Shown here piece after piece: positions 44,616-51,495 of a stretch of DNA of 54,252 nt (its first letter is position 1; each line of letters starts with the position of its first letter). The notes under the pieces were generated by a model. The model ran no database searches. It was not told the origin of the DNA and saw only the letters and a program-made list of their open reading frames with translations. A program made the position numbers and the translations under genes. The DNA comes from a virus (Duplodnaviria > Heunggongvirae > Uroviricota > Caudoviricetes): IMG/VR virus record IMGVR_UViG_3300035547_000249; one strand, written 5' to 3'.

Positions 44616-45242
44616 CTAAATATTACTTTTAGCCCAAACTCTAAACTCTTCTAGTGTTAAAATCTTAATTTCTTTATGCTTAACAGCCCTAGCTTTATCA
44701 ACCAACCAATTTCTAATTTCTGGTTTGACTGCTCTACCATCTAACACTATAATACATAGTTTTTCTTGATAAGACCTAGATGCTGTCTCAAACAAATAAT
44801 ATGCTTTTTCTTCTACTGACCCTGGAACATCTTGGAACCTAGAGTCGATTCTTGCACCGCCAAGTCTTTTTGTATGAAGCATGAACTCGCTATAACCAGT
44901 TGTTCCCCAAAGTTTTCTATAAGGAACATGTTTAAATAGAATGCCCTCAAAACCAGCTAAATTTACCTCATCATAAAGTTCCCTAAATGTGTGTTCACTT
45001 TTATTGAACTCAGAATACTTCATAGGGTAAACACCAAGGTTTACTATAATCTTTTCAATTTCCTTTTCCTGTCTAAATCCTGATTTATTTGCATTAACAC
45101 CCTGAACACATTTGGAAGAATTGTTTGCTTTCTTCTTAATATTTACAGAGCCTGTTACATCACTAACGTACTTCTGTACTTCTTCATTATTTGTGGTTGT
45201 TTTGTAAAACGCTCCTTTAAATCTTCCTTCTTCATTAATCAT
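44616..45242 (-). CDS. PD-(D/E)XK nuclease-like protein
   Basis: SEFML..RIDSRFQDVPGSVEEK.YY..IIVLDG; directly downstream of dam. Confidence 0.65.
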   Translation of the reverse strand: MINEEGRFKGAFYKTTTNNEEVQKYVSDVTGSVNIKKKANNSSKCVQGVNANKSGFRQEKEIEKIIVNLGVYPMKYSEFNKSEHTFRELYDEVNLAGFEGILFKHVPYRKLWGTTGYSEFMLHTKRLGGARIDSRFQDVPGSVEEKAYYLFETASRSYQEKLCIIVLDGRAVKPEIRNWLVDKARAVKHKEIKILTLEEFRVWAKSNI

Positions 45243-45252
45243 AATAATACTC

Positions 45253-46050
45253 CTAATTATAAATTGCTATTATTTCTTTTGTTTTCTTTCTACCTTCATT
45301 TTTACTACTTATTGTTTTTTGAACATCTATATCTATTAATTCATCAGCATTCTTATATATTTCAGAAGTAAATTCTGTTAAATTATTAGATATAATAAAT
45401 CTGCAAGGACTTTTTTCAGCCACACTGACTAAATCTATTTGATCCTGATTTGAAAACCCATCAGCACAGTAAGTAGTGAAACTTGATGTTTCAGAAATCG
45501 GTGCATATGGAGGGTCACAATAAACTACATCATCTTCTTTTAGTTCTAACAACGTCTTTCTAAAATCTTGGGCAATAAAACTACAGTTATATACTCTATT
45601 TGAAAATCCTATTAATTCTTTCTCTGGAAAGTATACACTTTTATACTTACCATAAGGAACATTAAACTTTCCGTCTTTATTATATCTACACAGACCATTA
45701 AATGAGTGTCTATTTAAGTAAATAAATAGAGCCGAGCGTATATAAGTATCAGACATACTATTAAATTCACCTCTTATTCTATAAAAATCTTCTTCAGTAT
45801 TAAACTTTCCAAAATAAGTTTTAGTATATTTAATGAAATCTAATCCGTCAGATTGTAATACTTTATACAAGTTTATTAAATCTGAATTTAAATCTGATAG
45901 AATATAATGCTCTGCGTAAACATTAAGAAAAACTGTCCCTGATCCGACAAATGGTTCTATAAAATTTCCTTTTATCTCACCTGACTTTTCTTTAATAAGA
46001 TTTACAATCTTTCTTTTACTACCAGCCCATTTTAGAAAAGGTTTTAGCAT
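45253..46050 (-). CDS. dam: Dam-family DNA adenine methyltransferase
   Basis: FLKWAGSK, IEPFVGSG, FNVPYG, YCDPPY. Confidence 0.92.
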   Translation of the reverse strand: MLKPFLKWAGSKRKIVNLIKEKSGEIKGNFIEPFVGSGTVFLNVYAEHYILSDLNSDLINLYKVLQSDGLDFIKYTKTYFGKFNTEEDFYRIRGEFNSMSDTYIRSALFIYLNRHSFNGLCRYNKDGKFNVPYGKYKSVYFPEKELIGFSNRVYNCSFIAQDFRKTLLELKEDDVVYCDPPYAPISETSSFTTYCADGFSNQDQIDLVSVAEKSPCRFIISNNLTEFTSEIYKNADELIDIDVQKTISSKNEGRKKTKEIIAIYN

Positions 46051-46277
46051 TTCTCTCCTAATTCTCTAACTCTTTTTACGAAATTATCACCAGCATCAAC
46101 AGCTATTCTCATAGTTCTATCTACAGGGTCATTGGAATTGTGTTTTTCTGCTGCTTCCATAACAGCCTCATGTACATAATACCCAAAAATATACTCCAAA
46201 CCATATTCAGCTTTTTCGTTGTCGCCGTAAATCTTTTCTGCCAATCTTTTAATTAACTCATTAAAACCTTCTTCCAT
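46044..46277 (-). CDS. hypothetical protein
   Basis: AGGAGG RBS. Confidence 0.6.
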   Translation of the reverse strand: MEEGFNELIKRLAEKIYGDNEKAEYGLEYIFGYYVHEAVMEAAEKHNSNDPVDRTMRIAVDAGDNFVKRVRELGEKC

Positions 46278-46334
46278 GTAAACCTCCTATATATAAATTT
46301 TAATATACATAATATAATAATTAGTTTTTATTTG

Positions 46335-46445
46335 TCAAGACACCAGGAGTCGAACCTGGAACCGATTTCACTGAACAGGTGACGTTAATCGGCTTCAACC
46401 GTTTAATAATGTTCAGTTTATTTCGCCCTTTGCTGTTTTGCCTCG
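46335..46445 (-). ncRNA. isolated tRNA-like RNA (111 nt)
   Basis: cgaggca/tgtcttg acceptor, ccagg-TTCGACT-cctgg T arm; non-canonical D and anticodon region. Confidence 0.6.
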
Positions 46446-46453
46446 ACAAATAT

Positions 46454-46831
46454 TTACTTGTTCTTTACTTGGCAACCTTCACCATCAACTTTAAGGTTGT
46501 ATTCTCTAGCCGCCATAAATCTACTAAATCTTTTAGAGTCTTTTAGATCTTTAATCATAGTAATTCTTTTTTCATCTATAGTTTCATCCATAAAAAACAT
46601 ACCTTCAGGGTCATCCCTATAATCCCATATGCCACCAAGAGATGTTTCTCCTGTTTCTTCATCAACAATAACCTCTAGTGCCAAACCTAATGGATGAAAA
46701 AACTGTCTATTAGCTTCTTGTAAAAATCCTAGTTCTCTAAATTCCTTTATGTCCATTCTTTTAATTTCTTCAGTCATTTTATTTCCTTTCTCCACAAGAA
46801 CATTTACAATACTTACATATAATATTACCAC
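46454..46831 (-). CDS. conserved phage hypothetical protein
   Basis: EFRELGFLQEANRQFFHPLGLAL; probable start MTEEIK. Confidence 0.7.
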   Translation of the reverse strand: MVILYVSIVNVLVEKGNKMTEEIKRMDIKEFRELGFLQEANRQFFHPLGLALEVIVDEETGETSLGGIWDYRDDPEGMFFMDETIDEKRITMIKDLKDSKRFSRFMAAREYNLKVDGEGCQVKNK

Positions 46832-46915
46832 ACTTCTTACATTTTTTAACGTCTTTATCTTTTACAATACTTAAACAGTTAGGACACTGGTTCTCTTTAT
46901 ATTTAATTACCATAA

Positions 46916-47056
46916 CTAATCATCTAATATATCAACAGCATAATCATAACCATCCCAATTATCCACACCTGATGCCTCCAAAGCCCTCATAAATCTCTCT
47001 GTTTGTAAAAGTTCTTCATATCTTTCTTTTTCTATTGTTACAGTTTCTTTATCCAT
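46916..47056 (-). CDS. small phage protein (46 aa)
   Basis: LEASGVDNWDGY; AGGAG RBS; translated by hand. Confidence 0.6.
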   Translation of the reverse strand: MDKETVTIEKERYEELLQTERFMRALEASGVDNWDGYDYAVDILDD

Positions 47057-47070
47057 TTTAAATCTCCTAT

Positions 47071-47613
47071 TTATAAAGATACAATATTAAATGGTCTTCT
47101 TACTCCAGCCGAATTTGACTCGGCTACCTCCAAAGCACTTAATATTTTTTCTTCGGCTGTTAATTTATTATCTTTATTAAGTATATACAAAGCCCCTATA
47201 GCATAATCCATACCACAACCAACAGAGTCAAACGGAGTTTTAATTTTAGCTACCTGAAAGTCTGGAGCTATCATATAAAGGTTTCCTTTGTAACCTAAAA
47301 GAAATTGTCCTCCTTCTATTTCCCCATTATCGTTTCTAGCATAGCCCTTGTCTTTGAAGCACTTAATAACAGCATCCATAAAATCAGTACATAAGTATTT
47401 AAAATCATCAATCCTAGGGTCGTGGTCTGGTATCTTCAAAGAGTACTGAAGAAGTTGACCCATTCTAAACGAAGAAGTAAAACCAAAAATCATATCTCCA
47501 TTTTGAAATACTTTTTGGTCCTCTCTAATATGATAATCAAATCCTGAAACTCCAGCAGAGTCTCCTCCAATATATACTTTACCATTTTCTACCATTCCTA
47601 CAATACAAGTCAT
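47071..47613 (-). CDS. HslV/proteasome-beta-like Ntn hydrolase
   Basis: MTCIVG..GGDS..GFTSS..GCG..A.GAL. Confidence 0.8.
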   Translation of the reverse strand: MTCIVGMVENGKVYIGGDSAGVSGFDYHIREDQKVFQNGDMIFGFTSSFRMGQLLQYSLKIPDHDPRIDDFKYLCTDFMDAVIKCFKDKGYARNDNGEIEGGQFLLGYKGNLYMIAPDFQVAKIKTPFDSVGCGMDYAIGALYILNKDNKLTAEEKILSALEVAESNSAGVRRPFNIVSL

Positions 47614-47649
47614 ATAATAATTCCTTTCTTATTATAACTTTAATTTCTC

Positions 47650-47874
47650 CTAAAAATCTGTAGTATACTCACCATCAGAAACATATTTATAAGAAGCTAC
47701 CCTTTTACCCTTCTCATCAAAAGAATCTACATAATTAATACCGGTATTAAAAGCATCTTCTTTATTAAAATACATCATTTCTGGTTCTTCAGAATGAGAA
47801 CACACAAAATATTTTTCTTTATTATTCATCACAATACTCCCTAACTTTATTAAAGGTTTTTCTATGAACTTCAC
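47650..47874 (-). CDS. hypothetical protein
   Basis: 74-aa ORF; start uncertain. Confidence 0.5.
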   Translation of the reverse strand: MKFIEKPLIKLGSIVMNNKEKYFVCSHSEEPEMMYFNKEDAFNTGINYVDSFDEKGKRVASYKYVSDGEYTTDF

Positions 47875-49534
47875 AAGGACCGTAAGTTCTTAAAGCATTG
47901 ACATGCTCTTTCGTAAGATATCCTTTGTTCCTATCAAACCCATAAAAACTCCATATCTCATGCAGTTCTTTCATCGTTCTATCTCTAGTGACCTTGGCTA
48001 CTATAGAAGCGGCAGCTATTGAAATTGATTTAGAATCCCCCTTTATTACTTTCATTTGGGGAATATTGATTCCTTTAAGTTCTATAGGACCATCTATCAT
48101 AACATACTCAACAAACTTTAAGTTTGATATTGCTTCTTCCATAGCAGCCTTAGTAGCATTTAATATATTTATATCGTCTATAACTTTATTACTTACAACA
48201 CCAAAACCAACATCACATGTTTTCATTATAATTGGAAATAATTCTTCTCTCTTTTTTTCAGATAACTTTTTAGAATCTTTAACCCTTAACAATAATTCTG
48301 GTATAACATCATCCGGTATGTAAACTGCTGCTGCCACTACTGGTCCAGACCCACAGTTACCTGTGAAATAACCAGTACCATCTCTCCTTACATAAAAATT
48401 ATGATGTATAGGTAAAGAAATACAAAAAACTTTTCCTTTATAGAACTCTTTACTAATTTTTAAATACTTAACATGAGAAGATTTATTGCGCTTTAGTCTT
48501 ATTTCAAAACACGGAACACAATTCTCTTTTCTTATCTTCCTACCCCTTATATAACGATCTCTTGGTTTTCTAATAGTAGTACTAAATGTCCAACCAGCTT
48601 TTAACAATATCTCTTCAAAATCGTTTCTAAGTTTATTGGATGTTGTATAATACACACAAACTTCTTTTCTGTTTCTTCCGGTGTAACAAGTCCCATCTCC
48701 TTTTATCAACCACTCTATTAATATATTTAGTTGTCTTTTTGATAAATTTTTTATATCATTAGGTATAAACTTATCATAACATTTACCAAACACATTAAGA
48801 TAAGAATACAATTGTTTGTTGTATATAACTATACCTTTTTTAGTTCTTTTAACATCAAAAGGCAGTTTAGAGCACATTTCAAATATTTCTTCACATGTAT
48901 CTTTTTTTATTTGAGTTATACCAACAACATAAGACGCCCCTTTTTTATAACTGGTATGACCTTCCGATAGATATATACCTAAAAACTTTAACCAAAGATC
49001 CATAGGTATTAATTTCTCACCATAGTCTTTTCCAGAATGATCATATTTATGTTTTTTTACAGAAGGAAGAATGAAATTATCTACATCTACAGCACACCAT
49101 TCTCCTCCCCTTGGTATAAAATCATTATCAGATAGATCTAGAACACCCTTTCTTCCTCTAAATTTAAGTCCAGTCATTTTTAATTTATTGTTATCATTTC
49201 TATCTCTTCTAAATGTTCTGCGTAAAACATCAAAATAATGATCCGGGGTGACTTTAATATTAATGGTTCTATTACTCATTTCCAACAATTTGCCTTTAAA
49301 GTCTTTAATAATTATGTTACTTATTTTTTGCCATTCTATAGTATCATTATTTGTGTAAGATAAAACCATATCATCTACAGACAGTTCATTATAATATTTC
49401 CACCCACTGACAGTAAGAACTTCTGCATCTATTTTCTCACAACCCCTACCCACTTCGTCCACACCAACAATGTATTTATAACCCTGTTCTTTTATTTCAG
49501 ATTCTATCTCGTATGTAGCGAATTTGTTTTCCAA
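47822..49534 (-). CDS. rnhB: ribonuclease HII containing an intein
   Basis: exteins join as GVDEVGRG|CGSGPVVAAAV; VKDSKKLS, IKGDSKS.SIAAASIVAKV.RD, NKGY.T..H. Confidence 0.92.
   Translation of the reverse strand: MENKFATYEIESEIKEQGYKYIVGVDEVGRGCEKIDAEVLTVSGWKYYNELSVDDMVLSYTNNDTIEWQKISNIIIKDFKGKLLEMSNRTINIKVTPDHYFDVLRRTFRRDRNDNNKLKMTGLKFRGRKGVLDLSDNDFIPRGGEWCAVDVDNFILPSVKKHKYDHSGKDYGEKLIPMDLWLKFLGIYLSEGHTSYKKGASYVVGITQIKKDTCEEIFEMCSKLPFDVKRTKKGIVIYNKQLYSYLNVFGKCYDKFIPNDIKNLSKRQLNILIEWLIKGDGTCYTGRNRKEVCVYYTTSNKLRNDFEEILLKAGWTFSTTIRKPRDRYIRGRKIRKENCVPCFEIRLKRNKSSHVKYLKISKEFYKGKVFCISLPIHHNFYVRRDGTGYFTGNCGSGPVVAAAVYIPDDVIPELLLRVKDSKKLSEKKREELFPIIMKTCDVGFGVVSNKVIDDINILNATKAAMEEAISNLKFVEYVMIDGPIELKGINIPQMKVIKGDSKSISIAAASIVAKVTRDRTMKELHEIWSFYGFDRNKGYLTKEHVNALRTYGPCEVHRKTFNKVREYCDE
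48356..49441 (-). mobile_element. 362-aa LAGLIDADG intein in RNase HII
   Basis: starts with C, VTPDH block B, GIYLSEG and WLIKGDG, ends TGN before C. Confidence 0.9.
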
Positions 49535-49550
49535 TTTATAACTCCAATGT

Positions 49551-49856
49551 TTAGTTTACAGATGATTTAAATCTTGATAAATCTCCAGTAATTGGGTGGG
49601 CATTATTAGTAACAGGCTCAGCTTTCTTTTCTGCTGCTTCCGCTTCTTTAATTCTTTTCAATAAAGTTTCTCTCTTTTTATAAGCCCTCTCCTGGTCGTC
49701 TAAAACTTTTGCTCTTCTTTCTAATTCAGCAATTTCTTTATACTCGTCAAACTCATATTCATCACACTTTCTATCTTTGTTTGGGTTAATAGTTGTTTTT
49801 AAAAAACTACATTTTCTATTGAATTCTTTTTTACAATATCTACATTTAACTCTCAT
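49551..49856 (-). CDS. hypothetical protein
   Basis: 101-aa ORF. Confidence 0.6.
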   Translation of the reverse strand: MRVKCRYCKKEFNRKCSFLKTTINPNKDRKCDEYEFDEYKEIAELERRAKVLDDQERAYKKRETLLKRIKEAEAAEKKAEPVTNNAHPITGDLSRFKSSVN

Positions 49857-49914
49857 ATTTAAACTCCCGTATAAAATTTATCATGAACATAATATATTTA
49901 CTATATAAAATTTG

Positions 49915-50523
49915 TCAAGTCTTTAATCTATTATTTATTCCCAAAAGACGTAAAATATCTAACCACCCATGAACTCTTGTAAACTTTGTGCTATCAATTA
50001 CTTTATTAGAATTCCAAGGTCTGTCCATTAAAGCCAACCCTTTAGTCCATTTTCTTCTTCTTTTATACATAGCATATAAGTTATCCTCTAAATCATCAAC
50101 AAAGAAATCAAGCCTGAGTTTATTTGCCAACTTACCTTTATTACCATTATATCCAACATTTATTACTTCTGTGAATGGTATCTTGTGTTTCCTAAGCCAT
50201 TTCACAACATTCATTTTACCATCTTTTTTTCTCTTTGTAATAATATATATTTTATGACCTGCGCGTTTTAATTTTCTTAAAACCTTACCAGCGTTCTCAA
50301 AAGGTTTAGCATGCATGACTACATTATCATCAAGAATAAACTCTAATAACATATTAGCTATAAATATATTATCATCTTCATCATCAGACAAATTTACTTT
50401 TTTAAAATCATACTCATTTATCATGTCTAAAGTTATATTATATTTAAAATCTTTATTAAATTTATTTATACTTTCTATAACAGTATTAGATATAACCTCA
50501 TCGAAATCAAATCCTAAATTCAT
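49915..50523 (-). CDS. HAD-family 5'(3')-nucleotidase-like protein
   Basis: GFDFDEVI, IITKR, FFVDD. Confidence 0.8.
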   Translation of the reverse strand: MNLGFDFDEVISNTVIESINKFNKDFKYNITLDMINEYDFKKVNLSDDEDDNIFIANMLLEFILDDNVVMHAKPFENAGKVLRKLKRAGHKIYIITKRKKDGKMNVVKWLRKHKIPFTEVINVGYNGNKGKLANKLRLDFFVDDLEDNLYAMYKRRRKWTKGLALMDRPWNSNKVIDSTKFTRVHGWLDILRLLGINNRLKT

Positions 50524-50614
50524 TAAATTATCCTTTCATAACCACAAGTTGAGATAGTAAACCACTCAACTTTGGTGTTATTATTCTAATTATATATAAT
50601 ATAGTAACTATTTC

Positions 50615-51424
50615 TTATCTATCAATATCTTTTTTAAATTTCCATTTAAAACCACCAACTTTTTTATATCTTTTGCCGTTGCAACAGCTTGATATACTTC
50701 CTCTATCCAATTTTAAATGTTCTCCAGCATCTTTAATAGATTGCCACTCTTTTATTATATTATTGTCTTTATCTAATTGTAAAACAGGTTTCAAATTACT
50801 TCTTGCTATTTTATCAATGGTTTCTTGGCTATGTTTATAATCAGATCTGCTATCAATAATCTTTTTCTTTGTTTCTTCTGAATGATGTTTACCATACATA
50901 GGATTATTTTTTCCAGAAAAAGCTTTAGAAAGTTTTAATTTAGTTTCATCACTAGTCACATAACCATCACGAGACTCCATCAATTTTCGTGTATGTTCTT
51001 CAGTACGAGGTGGGTATACTCTATTAGAATGAACCTCTGAAAGAATTTTCTTGTGCTCATCTGATATAGTCTTACCTTTATGTATTTTAGACATCTTATT
51101 TTTGCTTTGATTTGTGTGTCTATACCCAAAACAACCCTCACCACCAAATGTTAAATTATAACCATTCTCTTTGAAATAAGATTTATATTTTTTTATATAG
51201 TATTTTTCAAAAGCATCTAATTCATTCTTATTATTACAATGACATAGAACTATCACTTTGAAATTCTCCCAACCATATTTTTTAATAGCTGCATATATTG
51301 CTTTACATTTATTTTCTTTTATATGCCTCTTTATACGAACTACCAAAGGAACTGTAGTCTGTCCTATATAAGACTTACCATTAACTTCATTTTTAATTCT
51401 ATATATTATACCAAAACCTGCCAT
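50615..51424 (-). CDS. GIY-YIG homing endonuclease with NUMOD3 and HTH repeats
   Basis: GIIY..YIGQT..R..H..E..GYN; HSEETKKK repeats. Confidence 0.92.
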   Translation of the reverse strand: MAGFGIIYRIKNEVNGKSYIGQTTVPLVVRIKRHIKENKCKAIYAAIKKYGWENFKVIVLCHCNNKNELDAFEKYYIKKYKSYFKENGYNLTFGGEGCFGYRHTNQSKNKMSKIHKGKTISDEHKKILSEVHSNRVYPPRTEEHTRKLMESRDGYVTSDETKLKLSKAFSGKNNPMYGKHHSEETKKKIIDSRSDYKHSQETIDKIARSNLKPVLQLDKDNNIIKEWQSIKDAGEHLKLDRGSISSCCNGKRYKKVGGFKWKFKKDIDR

Positions 51425-51495
51425 TTAATAACCTCCTTACCATTTAGTTACTTCAATAATAAGGAGGTTACATAATTCATAAATTATTAAAGTAG

